Assembly (NCBI RefSeq): GCF_000255295.1 | Contig: NC_017030.1 | Coordinates: 6,294,328-6,358,327 of the forward strand | DNA length: 64,000 nucleotides | From: Corallococcus coralloides DSM 2259 | Lineage (GTDB): Bacteria; Myxococcota; Myxococcia; Myxococcales; Myxococcaceae | Direction of reading: 5' to 3' | In this document: piece by piece, positions 27,408-37,361 of the stretch | Position numbering within the stretch: position 1 is the first letter of the stretch | How the letters are laid out: each line of letters starts with the position of its first letter | Translations under genes and position numbers: made by a program | The notes under the pieces: model-generated | Databases searched by the model: none | Told to the model about the DNA's origin: nothing | What the model saw: only the letters and a program-made list of their open reading frames with translations

Positions 27408-28370
27408 ATGCCCACCCTCCTCCTCAGCGCCAAGGACCTGCGCGGCCTCTACACCGTCGAGCTCGGTCTGGAAGCCGTCGAGCGTGCGTTCCTGGCCCAT
27501 GGCCGCGGCGACGCGCTCATGCCCCCCAAGGTGTACCTGTCCCTGCCGAAGTACGACGGTGACTTCCGCGCCATGCCCGCGTTCCTCGACGGCGCGGCCG
27601 GCGTGAAGTGGGTCAACGCCCATCCCCAGAACCCGCGCAAGCACGGCCTGCCCACGGTGCGCGCCGTGTACGTGCTCAGCGACCCGGACACCGCGTCCCC
27701 GCTGGCCATCCTGGACGGCACGCTGCTCACCGCGTGGCGGACCGGCGCCGCTGGCGGCATCGCGTCCAAGTACCTGGCGAAGAAGCAGCCCCGCACGCTG
27801 GGGCTCGTGGGCTGCGGCGTGCAGGCGCGCGTCCTCATCGACTCGCACCGAGCCCTGTTCGGGGACCTGGAGCTGCTCATGGCGGACGTGAATGCCCAGG
27901 CCGCCGAGGCACTCCAGAAGGAGAAGGGCGGCCGCGTGGTGAGCCTCCAGGCGGCCTCTGGCGCGGACATCGTCTGCTCCGCCACGCCCGCGCGCGCCCC
28001 GGTGGTCCGCCGGGAGTGGGTCCAGGCCGGCGCCCACATCAACGCCATGGGCGCGGATGCCCCCGGCAAGCAGGAGCTGGATCCGCGCCTGCTCGTCGAA
28101 GGGCGCGTCTTCATCGACGACGCGGAGCAGGCGCACCACTCCGGCGAGGTCAACGTGCCGCTGCACGACGGGCTCATCCAGGCCGAGCAGCTCGCCGGCA
28201 CCCTGGGAGAGATCGTCGCCGGCCGCAAGCCCGGCCGCACCGGCTCCGAGATCACCGTCTTCGACTCCACCGGCCTCGCCGTGCAGGACGTGGCCCTGGC
28301 CCGCGCGCTCTACGACGTCGCGCTGGCGAAGGGCGTGGGCCAGCGCTTCGACCTGGTCGACGAAGCCTGA
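27408..28370 (+). CDS. ornithine cyclodeaminase / mu-crystallin family protein
   Basis: Rossmann motif LGLVGCGVQA and family-typical TAWRTGAAGGIASKYLA and INAMGADAPGKQELD segments. Confidence 0.8.
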   Translation: MPTLLLSAKDLRGLYTVELGLEAVERAFLAHGRGDALMPPKVYLSLPKYDGDFRAMPAFLDGAAGVKWVNAHPQNPRKHGLPTVRAVYVLSDPDTASPLAILDGTLLTAWRTGAAGGIASKYLAKKQPRTLGLVGCGVQARVLIDSHRALFGDLELLMADVNAQAAEALQKEKGGRVVSLQAASGADIVCSATPARAPVVRREWVQAGAHINAMGADAPGKQELDPRLLVEGRVFIDDAEQAHHSGEVNVPLHDGLIQAEQLAGTLGEIVAGRKPGRTGSEITVFDSTGLAVQDVALARALYDVALAKGVGQRFDLVDEA

Positions 28371-28442
28371 TGCCCGTATCCCACCCGGTGCGTCCTCCGC
28401 GAGGGGACGACCCCCGAGGACACACGGGTGCGGTGTTGTGAG

Positions 28443-28491
28443 TCAAAAAAGAGAGCGCTCGCCGGCACCTTGGAGTTTTACCGGCGAGCGC
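28443..28491 (-). terminator. orphan intrinsic-terminator-like hairpin on the minus strand
   Basis: On the - strand, an 11-bp GC stem (GCGCTCGCCGG/CCGGCGAGCGC) with a 16-nt loop is followed by TCTCTTTTTTGA. It lies about 430 nt beyond the nearest - strand stop, at 28921. Confidence 0.35.
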
Positions 28492-28920
28492 CCCGGGCCG
28501 CGTGCCGACTGGCAGGGCCTCGTAAAGTCGCGGCGGATGTGAAGCGGCCTGACGGCCCACCCCACGCCACCTTCATGTTTCCTGCCGTCCGCCCCGCGTC
28601 CCGTATTTCGGGCCCCGCGCTCGGCGTCCGTTTCCTTCAAAACCCCTGCGTACCGGCGGTGATTCCTCCACCCGCCTGATCCGCCACACCCAGGGTGAGC
28701 ACGCTCGCCGCTCCCGGCAACGCCCGAGGCGCCATTACCACGCCTCTCCCCACAAACTCCACGAAAATCGAGCTATTCCCATCTATAATCTGCGCACACA
28801 CGCAGGGCCCCGCGGAAAAACCGTCTCCCCATTTCTACGAACGCGCCCGCCCCCAATTGCTGAGGACGGGCGTGGATTATCCGGATCGGTCTGACATTTC
28901 CCGGCCCTGGGGGGCGGGTT

Positions 28921-30075
28921 TCAGCCTGGGGGCAGTCCTGCCACCTGGCGGTACAGCGCGTCATGCCGGCGCACCATCTTCTCCAGGGACAGCTCGCGGG
29001 CGACGAAGCCCCGGGCGGCCCTGCCCATCTTCCGGGCCTCCTGGGGGTTGGCCAGCAGCCGGCGGAAGGCCTGGGCCAGCTGGGCGGGCCGCTCCGGCTC
29101 CACCACCAGGCCCCGCTCGCCGTCCGTGACGAGGTCCGGATTGCCGCCCACCCGGGTCACCACCATGGGCAGCCCCGCCGCCATGCCCTCCATCACCGCG
29201 TTGGACATGCCCTCCGCCGTGGAGCACAGGACGCCAAACGTGGCCTGGCCGTAGACGGCCGGCACGTCCGTGCGGTGCTTGAGGAAGTGCACCCCGTCCG
29301 CCACCCCCAGCTCGTGCGCCATCTTCTCCAGCGCCGGCCGGCGAGGCCCGTCTCCCACGAACCACGCGTTCAGCTTCGTCCCCTCATGACGCAACATGGC
29401 AAGGGCGAGCAGCACGTCCTCCTGCCGCTTCACGGGGTGGTTCATGTTGGCCACGTGGATGACCGTGGGCACGCCGCCGGTGTCGGGCAGTGTGTCCTTG
29501 AGTCCTTCCGCCGCTCTCGCGTCGAAGCGCTGGAGGTCCAGTCCGTTGTGGATGACGGAGATGCGCGATTCGGGCAGCCCCTCCTCGTGGATGAGCAGTT
29601 GGCGGATGGCCTCCGCGTTGGCGATGACGTGATCCGCCATGCGCGTCATCTGCGCGTGCAGCAGGCGGCGGGCCTTGCCCTGCCAGTGGGACAGGTCCAA
29701 CCGGCCGACGATGACCTTCGCGCCCGCGAGCTTCGCGGCCGGCACCGCGAGGATGCTGGAGTAGAAGTCATGCACGTGCACCAGCTGCACGCGGTTGGAC
29801 TTGAGCCACCGGGACATCCGGTGGATCTGCATCAGCGTGTTGGGCTGCAGCAGCGACCCCTTGAGGGAGAACACCTCCGGCGCGTGCCCCAGCTTCCACA
29901 CCGAGCTCATCAACGGCCCGGCGTCCTCCAACACCGACACCTGCAATTGGTAGCTGGAGGGCAGGCCTCGCAGCAGCTCCAGCACCTGCACTTCGGTGCC
30001 GCCAATGTGGAACGACCGGGTGAACTGCACCAGGCGGAGGGGCTCCTGCCCCAACCGCGCATCCTCACGCCGCAT
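28921..30075 (-). CDS. glycosyltransferase family 4 (GT-B, RfaG/WcaL-like)
   Basis: GT4 C-terminal domain with E..G......EAMA.G.PVV pattern (TAEGMSNAVMEGMAAGLPMVVTRVGG). Its start overlaps the upstream ligase gene by 11 nt. Confidence 0.85.
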   Translation of the reverse strand: MRREDARLGQEPLRLVQFTRSFHIGGTEVQVLELLRGLPSSYQLQVSVLEDAGPLMSSVWKLGHAPEVFSLKGSLLQPNTLMQIHRMSRWLKSNRVQLVHVHDFYSSILAVPAAKLAGAKVIVGRLDLSHWQGKARRLLHAQMTRMADHVIANAEAIRQLLIHEEGLPESRISVIHNGLDLQRFDARAAEGLKDTLPDTGGVPTVIHVANMNHPVKRQEDVLLALAMLRHEGTKLNAWFVGDGPRRPALEKMAHELGVADGVHFLKHRTDVPAVYGQATFGVLCSTAEGMSNAVMEGMAAGLPMVVTRVGGNPDLVTDGERGLVVEPERPAQLAQAFRRLLANPQEARKMGRAARGFVARELSLEKMVRRHDALYRQVAGLPPG

Positions 30076-31387
30076 GCCCAGACCCCTCCCACGTGGCCAC
30101 CGGCGCGCGATTCATCGCCGGCTGCCTCCCCACCGCCAGGGCGCGCTCCCGTGCCTGCGCGATGCGGTGCGCGCTCGCGGCCAGGCCGAAGAGCACGTAG
30201 CAGTGCGCGGACAGGATGTAGCCCGAGAACAAGTCACAAACGAGGTAGCCCGCCACCGCCGCCAGTAAGGCGCGTGCCAGCCATCCCATCTCCGAGTCCG
30301 CCGACGCGGCCGCCGCCCCGCCCACGGCTCCACCCGAGAACACCAGGAAGCACAGGAGGCCAATCCACCCGAGCTCCCCGATGACGTCGAGGAAGATGTT
30401 GTGCGCCACGTAGGCGCGGTGCGCCTCCGGCGGCGCGTACTCGAACCAGGCGTAGCGGAAGCCGCCCGCGCCCACGCCGAGCAGCGGCTTGTCCAGGCTC
30501 ATGCGGCTGGCCACCTGCCACGCGTAGACGCGGCCCATGGCGGACGCATCCTCGTGGAACGACGTCACCGTCTCATTGCGCTGCCAGAAGCTCTTGGGCG
30601 CGAACACCGCCAGGCCCGCGACGAACACCGTGCCCAGCACGATGGCCTGCATGCGGCGCTTCTCGCGGATGGCCCACATGGCCATCGCCACCGACAGGCC
30701 AATGAAGCCGCCGCGCGAGTGCGACAGCACGATGGCCACCACCGCCAGCACCGCGGACACCGCGCACAGCAGGCGGAACACCCACGGCGTGCTCTTGCGC
30801 GCCAGGAACGCCACCGCGAGCGGCACCACCAGCACCATGTTCATGGCCATGTGGTTGGGGTCCGCGTACACGCCGACCCAGCGCGAACGGAAGCCCTCCA
30901 CCATGTTCTCGCCGACGATGTACCAGTTGATGACGCCAATGGACGTCACGATGGCGCCCAGCACCATGGCGCCGCACACCACCGCCAGCCGCTTGGGCGT
31001 GGTGATGACGTTGACGAGCGTCAGGTAGATGGCCGTGAGCTTGAGCAGCTCCACGCCCTGGAAGCGCGTCACCTCCGGGTTCACGCTCCACGCCACCGAG
31101 CAGAACGCCAGCGACGAGAACGCCAGCAGCGCGATGCCCCGCGAGCCGTCGAAGAAGATGGGCTCCGCCTTGCCAATGCGGCGCATCACCATCAGGCCCG
31201 CGCCCAACCCTGAAGTCAGCAGCGCGAGCCGCAGCGGCTCCAGTGCGGGGATCCACTCACCCGGCACCGCGTACATCACCGCCGCGAACCCCGCGAGCAT
31301 GTAGAAAGCCAGTACGTCGCGACGCTGCCCCTCCGCGCCCGGTCCCATGTACGCCACCCCTTCGCTGTCGGTCGCTCGTCCCGTCAC
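30065..31387 (-). CDS. O-antigen ligase / polymerase (Wzy_C) family membrane protein
   Basis: Polytopic protein with SHSRGGFIGL and AHNIFLDVIGELGWIGL, the classic Wzy_C signature. It forms an operon with the GT4 gene. Confidence 0.8.
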   Translation of the reverse strand: MTGRATDSEGVAYMGPGAEGQRRDVLAFYMLAGFAAVMYAVPGEWIPALEPLRLALLTSGLGAGLMVMRRIGKAEPIFFDGSRGIALLAFSSLAFCSVAWSVNPEVTRFQGVELLKLTAIYLTLVNVITTPKRLAVVCGAMVLGAIVTSIGVINWYIVGENMVEGFRSRWVGVYADPNHMAMNMVLVVPLAVAFLARKSTPWVFRLLCAVSAVLAVVAIVLSHSRGGFIGLSVAMAMWAIREKRRMQAIVLGTVFVAGLAVFAPKSFWQRNETVTSFHEDASAMGRVYAWQVASRMSLDKPLLGVGAGGFRYAWFEYAPPEAHRAYVAHNIFLDVIGELGWIGLLCFLVFSGGAVGGAAAASADSEMGWLARALLAAVAGYLVCDLFSGYILSAHCYVLFGLAASAHRIAQARERALAVGRQPAMNRAPVATWEGSGHAA

Positions 31388-31563
31388 ACGCGTGCCCCTG
31401 GCCCTCGTGGAGTTCCCATCCGTTCGCGGTCTGCCAACGGCAAACAGCTAGCGGGCGAGGGGCAAAGCAGCGCGCGTGCCAGGGGATGACCGCGAAAGAG
31501 GCCTGTATCTTCAGGCGGTTGCGGGACCGCCCGCGACCGCCGGGCCGGGCAAGGCTGAAAAAG

Positions 31564-33156
31564 CTACGGGACCGGAGCGCTCTCCATCGGTAGCACCGCG
31601 GAGGCGATCAGGTCCAAGCGCCCCTCGCGCAGCCACGCCGGGCCCAGCTCCGACAGCAGGCGCGCCAGCGTGACGTTCACCACCCGACGCAGCTCCTCAC
31701 GCGCCGCTTCCGGCACCGCGGGCGAAAGCGCCGCCACCGCGCGCTCCGCCGCGCTCGCGCGCAGGCGAGGCGCATCCGGGGTGCCTTCGAAGAGGCGCTG
31801 GCCCAGCTCCACCGTGCGCCCCAGCGGCACGGGCCGCACGTCCACGCCCTCCTCCAGCACGGCCATGGACACGACCGCCGCCCACAGCCGCTCCACGCCC
31901 AGCACGTCCAGCGACACGCCGAAGCGCGCCAGCACGGTGTGCGCCGTTTCCTCGGAGCCGCCCAGGAGCGCGCCCAGCGCCGCCACCTGGCCCTCCGCCC
32001 GCGCGAGCAGTCCTTCCGAGCCGGCCACCTCCCGCAGCGAACGGAACGGAACGGGCTCCGCGCCCGGGACGCGCAGCGCCCGCCGGGGACGCTTGCGCCG
32101 CAGGGCCTCCAGCGCGGCGGCCTCCTCCGGGAGCACCAGCGGCACGTCGTCCAGCTTCACGAAGGGCACCTTGAAGAGGCGGTCCGCGCGGTACTTGAGC
32201 TGGAGCGTCAGCGTGAAGCCCACCTGGAAGACGCGGCGCAGGGGCGTGTCCCGCAGCACCTCCGGCGCCTTCGAGGGGTCGCCGCCCGTCAGGTGCTCCA
32301 GGCCCAGCGACAGGTAGTCGCGCACCCATTCGCCCACGCGGCGCACGGCGTCCAGGTCGCCCGGGTCGCCCAGCTCCGCGACGAGCACCGCGTTGGCCAC
32401 CTCCCGCAGTTCGTCCTCGGCGTTCATCCGCTCCACGTCGGACAGGTCCCGGAAGGCCGCCTCCAGGTAGTCCACGTGGCCGCCCGTGGCGGTGAGCGCG
32501 GGTGTCCCGGGCCCGGTGGGCCGCGGCGGCACGTCCACGCGGCTGAAGAGCGCGAGCGCGTCCTCCAGCGTCGGGAAGCCCAGGTCGGACAGGCGCGCGC
32601 GGCGGAACTGGAACGCGGTCTCCTCCAGCTCGGAGGGAATCTCCCAGCGCACGGCCTCGAAGAGGCGCACCGCTTCGAAGGGGTTCTCCGCGATGAGATC
32701 ATTGAGGAGCGCGCGCATGGCGGACATCTCCACGCCCTCCACCTTCAGCTCCACCAGGTAGCGGCCTTCCGGGGTCTCCAGCGTCACGCCCTGCGGGTTG
32801 ACGTCCGGGTTCTCCTCCAGGTCGTGGACGACGGTGAACTCCTTGAGGAGCGTCTCCACCACCTCCAGGTCCACCGCGTGCACCTTGCGCAGGAAGTCCT
32901 CCTGCTCGTCGCCGCGCGCGGCGCGCAGCCAGGTGAGGACGGCGTGCGGGTCCAGCTTGTCCTTCGACCAGCCGCCCAGGTCCACGAAGGTGCGGAACTG
33001 CGCGGGCGACGCCAGCTGCACGAGCTCCGTCGTGTCCGCCAGCCCCACCTCCTGGATGGTGACGTAGAGGTCCTCCGCGGGCAGCGAGCGCACCAGCGCG
33101 GGCGTGTCCTCCGCGTCATAGAGCGCCGCCACCCGCTGGCGCGGGGACAGGCGCAT
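31564..33156 (-). CDS. hypothetical soluble protein (530 aa), acidic, no recognised domain
   Basis: The ATG at 33156 has GAGGAG 11 nt upstream. GC3 is high throughout. It lies downstream of engB on the same strand. The longer ORF, up to 33588, is rejected because it would run through the engB 3' region. Confidence 0.6.
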   Translation of the reverse strand: MRLSPRQRVAALYDAEDTPALVRSLPAEDLYVTIQEVGLADTTELVQLASPAQFRTFVDLGGWSKDKLDPHAVLTWLRAARGDEQEDFLRKVHAVDLEVVETLLKEFTVVHDLEENPDVNPQGVTLETPEGRYLVELKVEGVEMSAMRALLNDLIAENPFEAVRLFEAVRWEIPSELEETAFQFRRARLSDLGFPTLEDALALFSRVDVPPRPTGPGTPALTATGGHVDYLEAAFRDLSDVERMNAEDELREVANAVLVAELGDPGDLDAVRRVGEWVRDYLSLGLEHLTGGDPSKAPEVLRDTPLRRVFQVGFTLTLQLKYRADRLFKVPFVKLDDVPLVLPEEAAALEALRRKRPRRALRVPGAEPVPFRSLREVAGSEGLLARAEGQVAALGALLGGSEETAHTVLARFGVSLDVLGVERLWAAVVSMAVLEEGVDVRPVPLGRTVELGQRLFEGTPDAPRLRASAAERAVAALSPAVPEAAREELRRVVNVTLARLLSELGPAWLREGRLDLIASAVLPMESAPVP

Positions 33157-33263
33157 CAACCGCTGACGCTCCTCGCGAGGCGCGAGGGGCGAAACACCAC
33201 CATTCGTCTTGCCGTTCTGGGACACGCCGGGGGTGCTACCACAGCGCGCCCGGGCCGGCAGCC

Positions 33264-33884
33264 TCAGACGCGGGTGGCCTTGCCGAAGGTGTCCAGCAGC
33301 GTGCCCCACACCTCCTCCACGCCCAGCTTCTCCGTGGAGGAGAACGGGATGACCGCCTCGCGGGGCAGCTCCAGTTGCTCCGCCAGCTTGTGCAGCCGGG
33401 GCTTGCGCTGCGCCTTCGTCAGCCGGTCCACCTTGGTGGCCACGACGAGGATGCGGCGGTTGTGCTCCTGGAGGTAGTCCAACGTCTGCATGTCCTCCGG
33501 CGAGGGCCCCACCTCCGCGTCGATGATGCTCACCACCACCTCCAACCGGTGCCGGTTCTTGAGGTAGGTGGTGATCATCTCCTGCCACTGGGCCTTGTCC
33601 GCCTTGCTCGCCTTGGCGAAGCCGTAGCCGGGCAGGTCCGCCAGGCGCACCGTGTGGCGCACGCCGTCGCGGTCCAGGTCCACGTCGAAGAAGTTGAGCG
33701 TGCGGGTGCGCCCCGGCGTGTTGGACACGCGCACCAGCTTCCGCCGGTTCGTCAGGGCGTTGATCATGGACGACTTGCCGACGTTGGAGCGGCCCACGAA
33801 GGCCACCTCCGCGCCGTGGTCCGTGGGCAGCCCCTTGAGCTCCACGGCGGTGGTGACGAAGCGGGAATCGAGGATCTTGATCAA
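33264..33884 (-). CDS. engB: ribosome biogenesis GTP-binding protein YihA/YsxC
   Basis: G1 GRSNVGKSS, DLPGYG and TKVDRL motifs. The size, 206 aa, is typical of EngB. Confidence 0.9.
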   Translation of the reverse strand: MIKILDSRFVTTAVELKGLPTDHGAEVAFVGRSNVGKSSMINALTNRRKLVRVSNTPGRTRTLNFFDVDLDRDGVRHTVRLADLPGYGFAKASKADKAQWQEMITTYLKNRHRLEVVVSIIDAEVGPSPEDMQTLDYLQEHNRRILVVATKVDRLTKAQRKPRLHKLAEQLELPREAVIPFSSTEKLGVEEVWGTLLDTFGKATRV

Positions 33885-33895
33885 GCGGAGTTCAC

Positions 33896-34405
33896 TTACT
33901 TCTTCGCCGTGGCCGGAGCCGGCGTGGAGGGGGGCGCGTCCGCGCGGGTCTGCTTGCGGGCGCGTTCGGCGGACCAGTGGTCAATGGCCTTCAGCGCTTC
34001 CTTGAAGTCGAACGGGCGCAGGGACGGCGAGGACGCGTCATGGCAGGTGCGGCACTGCTTCTCCGACGGGTCCACCAGACCCACCAGCCGCGCCAACTCC
34101 GGGTCCTTCATCACGTAGGACGGCGAGTAGTACTGCCCGCCGCCGTGGCACGTCTCACAGGTGACGGCCGCCAGCTGCTGCTCCGCCTGGTCCGGCGCGT
34201 GGCAGGACAGGCAGCGCGCGTCCTTCTTCTGGCTGTCCGCCAGCGTCTCCGTCGCCCGGGCGTGCTTGGACTTCATCCACGCGTCGTACGCCTCCGGGTG
34301 GCAGCCCTTGCAGCTGTCGGGGCCCGTGAAGTCCGCGGCGCCGGCGAGGCCGCCGGAGACGGCGAGCAAGAGGGCGGAAAAGACCCGGAAGGCACGAGAA
34401 GACAT
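33896..34405 (-). CDS. tetraheme c-type cytochrome (periplasmic)
   Basis: Signal peptide MSSRAFRVFSALLLAVSGGLAGA and four CxxCH motifs (CKGCH, CLSCH, CETCH, CRTCH). The ATG is at 34405. Confidence 0.75.
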   Translation of the reverse strand: MSSRAFRVFSALLLAVSGGLAGAADFTGPDSCKGCHPEAYDAWMKSKHARATETLADSQKKDARCLSCHAPDQAEQQLAAVTCETCHGGGQYYSPSYVMKDPELARLVGLVDPSEKQCRTCHDASSPSLRPFDFKEALKAIDHWSAERARKQTRADAPPSTPAPATAKK

Positions 34406-34540
34406 GCCTTGAGCACGTAGCAGAGGCCCCTGGAGGGGGCAAGGCGTCTCGTTCGTGATTGAATAGCGGGTGGACAGGTGCGTGGCTTGAGGTAACGGAC
34501 CTTGAGGCGTGCCTGCCTGATCCGCTAGGGAGGAGTCGAG

Positions 34541-35023
34541 ATGCGGACCCCCGTGATTGCCGTCCTGTTCGCCGTTGCCGTCCTTGCCGTCTCCCTGCCT
34601 GCTTCCGCCAAGCCGTGGCAGGGCATCGAGCCCGGGGCCTCCAAGAAGGAGGACGTGGTGAAGAAGTTCGGGGAGCCGTCCCGGACCATGAGCCAGGAGG
34701 GCAAGGAGATCCTGGCCTACTTCGCCAAGGAGGCCATCAAGGGCACCACCCAGGCCCAGTTCAAGGTGGACCCGACCACGCAGCTGGTGGAGCGCATCGA
34801 CGTGTTCCCCGGGCCCGTCATCGAGAAGGACACCATCGAGAACAGCTACGGCCCCGCGTGCCCGGCCGGCGCCATGCCCGCCACGCCCTGCTACCTGCGC
34901 AAGCTGACGGACGACTTCCGCACCTACTTCCTCTACGTGAAGCTGGGCGTGGCCATCTTCTTCAACGAGGACGGCAAGACGGTGCAGTCCTTCGTCTTCA
35001 CCACGCCCAAGGCCGCGAAGTAG
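34541..35023 (+). CDS. secreted hypothetical protein (160 aa)
   Basis: Signal peptide MRTPVIAVLFAVAVLAVSLPASA. GGAGTCGAG lies upstream of the ATG. No recognised domain. Confidence 0.6.
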   Translation: MRTPVIAVLFAVAVLAVSLPASAKPWQGIEPGASKKEDVVKKFGEPSRTMSQEGKEILAYFAKEAIKGTTQAQFKVDPTTQLVERIDVFPGPVIEKDTIENSYGPACPAGAMPATPCYLRKLTDDFRTYFLYVKLGVAIFFNEDGKTVQSFVFTTPKAAK

Positions 35024-35026
35024 CCC

Positions 35027-35623
35027 GTGCACGTCTTCGGCCTGACGGGCGGCATCGCCTCCGGCAAGAGCACCGTGAGCCGGATGCTGCGGGAGCTGGG
35101 CGCGCGCGTGCTGGACGCGGACGTGCTCGCCCGCGAGGTGGTGGAGCCCGGCACGCCCGGCCTGAAGCGCATCGACGAGCGCTTCCCCGGCGTGGTGGGC
35201 CCCGACGGCCGCCTGGACCGGGTGAAGCTGGGCGCGCACATCTTCGCGAACGCCGAGGAGCGGGCCGCCCTCAACGCCATCGTGCACCCGGAGGTGCGCG
35301 CCCTCTTCCTCCAGAAGCTCCAGGCGCTGGAGGCGGAAGGGGTCACCCACGCCGTCTACGACGTGCCCCTGCTCATCGAAACGGGGCTGCACACGGCGAT
35401 GGAGGGCGTGGCCGTGGTGTGGGTGCCCCGGGAGGTGCAGAAGGCGCGGCTGATGACCCGCGACGGGCTCCTGGCGGACCAGGCGGAGGCGCGGCTCCAG
35501 GCGCAGATGCCGCTGGACGACAAGCGCGCGCACGCGACGTGGGTCATCGACAACAGCGGGGCGCCGGAGGCCACCCGTCCCCAGGTGGAGGCGGTGTGGC
35601 GGGCGATGCTCGCGCACGGCTGA
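35027..35623 (+). CDS. coaE: dephospho-CoA kinase
   Basis: GLTGGIASGKST P-loop at the N-terminus. GTG start at 35027. Size and fold are typical of CoaE. Confidence 0.85.
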   Translation: MHVFGLTGGIASGKSTVSRMLRELGARVLDADVLAREVVEPGTPGLKRIDERFPGVVGPDGRLDRVKLGAHIFANAEERAALNAIVHPEVRALFLQKLQALEAEGVTHAVYDVPLLIETGLHTAMEGVAVVWVPREVQKARLMTRDGLLADQAEARLQAQMPLDDKRAHATWVIDNSGAPEATRPQVEAVWRAMLAHG

Positions 35624-35646
35624 CGGGCGGTTATGCTGCGCCGCGC

Positions 35647-36816
35647 ATGAGCGAGACGTCCAAGACGCGGCAGGCCCCTGGCACCTATTTCATCACCGGC
35701 TACCCGGGCTTCATCGGCAAGCGGCTGGTGGAGCACATCGCGCGGGAGGACCCGAAGGGGCACATCTACGCGCTCGTGCAGCCCAAGGCCTTCAAGGAAG
35801 CGCAGGCGCTCGCGGCGAAGGTGAAGGGCGCGCGCGTGGAGCTGCTCACCGGTGACGCGGTGGACATGCACCTGGGCCTGTCCGGCGAGGAGTACCAGCG
35901 CCTGTGCGAACGGGTGACGGACATCTTCCACCTGGCGGCCGTCTCGCAGCTGGGCGTGCCCAAGGAGACCGCGTGGCGGGTGAACGTGGACGGCACGCGC
36001 AACCTGCTGGAGCTGGCGCGCGACTGCGAGAACCTCGCCCGCTTCAACTACTTCTCCACCTGCTACGTGTCCGGCGACCGCGTGGGCGTCATCGCCGAGG
36101 ACGAGCTGGACCGGGGCCAGTCCTTCCGCAACGCCTACGAGGAGACGAAGTTCCAGGCGGAGCGGCTGGTGCAGCGCGCCTCCGCCACCCTCCCCGTCAC
36201 CATCTTCCGCCCGTCCAGCGTGGTGGGCGACTCGCGCACGGGCGAGATTGACCGCTTCGAGGGCCCCTACTACCTGGGCATCCTGCTGGTCACGTCTCCG
36301 CTGGTGGTGCCGCTGCCCCTGCCGGGCAACGGCGTGGCGCCGCTCAACGTCGTCCCGGTGGACTTCGTGGTGGAGGCGGTGTGGCGGCTGTCACATGACG
36401 CGCGCGCGAAGGGGCGCACCTTCCACCTGGTGGACCCCAACCCCATGAGCGCGCGGCGCGTGTACGAGCTCATCGCGGAGAAGTCCCACAAGCGGCTGCC
36501 GCGCTTCAACCTGTCCGCGCGCGCCGCGGACGTGATGCTGCGGCTGCCCGTGCTGGAGAAGCTGGCCCGGCCCCAGCGCGCCGCCATCAGCTACGTGAAC
36601 CACCTGGCCATCTACAACTGCCACAACACGCTGGAGCTGCTCGACGGCACCGGCGTGCGCTGCCCGCCGCTGTCGTCGTACCTGGATCAGCTCGTCGCCT
36701 ACGTGCGGGAACAGTACAAGCAGCGCAAGGAGGGCGCGGAGATCGACGACCCGCTGGACCACGGTCCGCTGCCCTCTTCGGATGAAGGCGCGCCGGCACC
36801 GCGTTCGCGCCGCTGA
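35647..36816 (+). CDS. SDR-family NAD(P)-binding protein (thioester-reductase / NAD_binding_4-like)
   Basis: N-terminal FITGYPGFIGKRL Rossmann motif and a Y..AY..TK region typical of extended SDR / thioester reductase domains. Confidence 0.75.
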   Translation: MSETSKTRQAPGTYFITGYPGFIGKRLVEHIAREDPKGHIYALVQPKAFKEAQALAAKVKGARVELLTGDAVDMHLGLSGEEYQRLCERVTDIFHLAAVSQLGVPKETAWRVNVDGTRNLLELARDCENLARFNYFSTCYVSGDRVGVIAEDELDRGQSFRNAYEETKFQAERLVQRASATLPVTIFRPSSVVGDSRTGEIDRFEGPYYLGILLVTSPLVVPLPLPGNGVAPLNVVPVDFVVEAVWRLSHDARAKGRTFHLVDPNPMSARRVYELIAEKSHKRLPRFNLSARAADVMLRLPVLEKLARPQRAAISYVNHLAIYNCHNTLELLDGTGVRCPPLSSYLDQLVAYVREQYKQRKEGAEIDDPLDHGPLPSSDEGAPAPRSRR

Positions 36817-37361
36817 GCAGGGTTTGGGCCCGCAGGCAAGGTGCGGCGCGGCACCTGTGACACGCTCGCGCCCGCCCGGCTGCTACGGCTTATTCCAGAC
36901 TGCCAATTGTTACTGGGTTGCTAACGCAAAGTTACGCAGGCCCCCCTCTTTTCAACGAAACAGTGTCCTGGTTAGCATGCGCTCCCACTGAATCTGGCGC
37001 GGTGAACACAGCCGCGGCCGGAAGAGTGGGTTGGAGAGCAGCGCTTGCCGGTGACCGTTGACAGTCGATTCGGATGGGCCGCCCCGGGTTCGGGTGTGGC
37101 GCCCCGGCTGTCCGGCCTTCCGCAGCGCTTCGCATCCGCCCCATCCGCCTCGCGCGTCCCGCCTTTCCACGCTGAGTTCCCCGCTCACGTCGCCAATGCG
37201 ACCTGGGGCGTTGGGCTGCGTTTCCTATCGGGCTGTTGTCCACCCACGGTCCGCCACCCCTAGGGAGCGGCCCGCCTCCCTCGGCGGACCTCTCCTCATG
37301 CAGTCGTCGTCTCTCGCAGTCCCCTCGTCCGGCAGTACATCACCCCCAAGAAGGAAGGCGC

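Noticed and set aside
28428-28679. 83-aa plus-strand ORF in the long intergenic region
   Set aside because: It has no RBS or signal features and low plausibility. The region is better explained as non-coding, with a possible sRNA or UTR.
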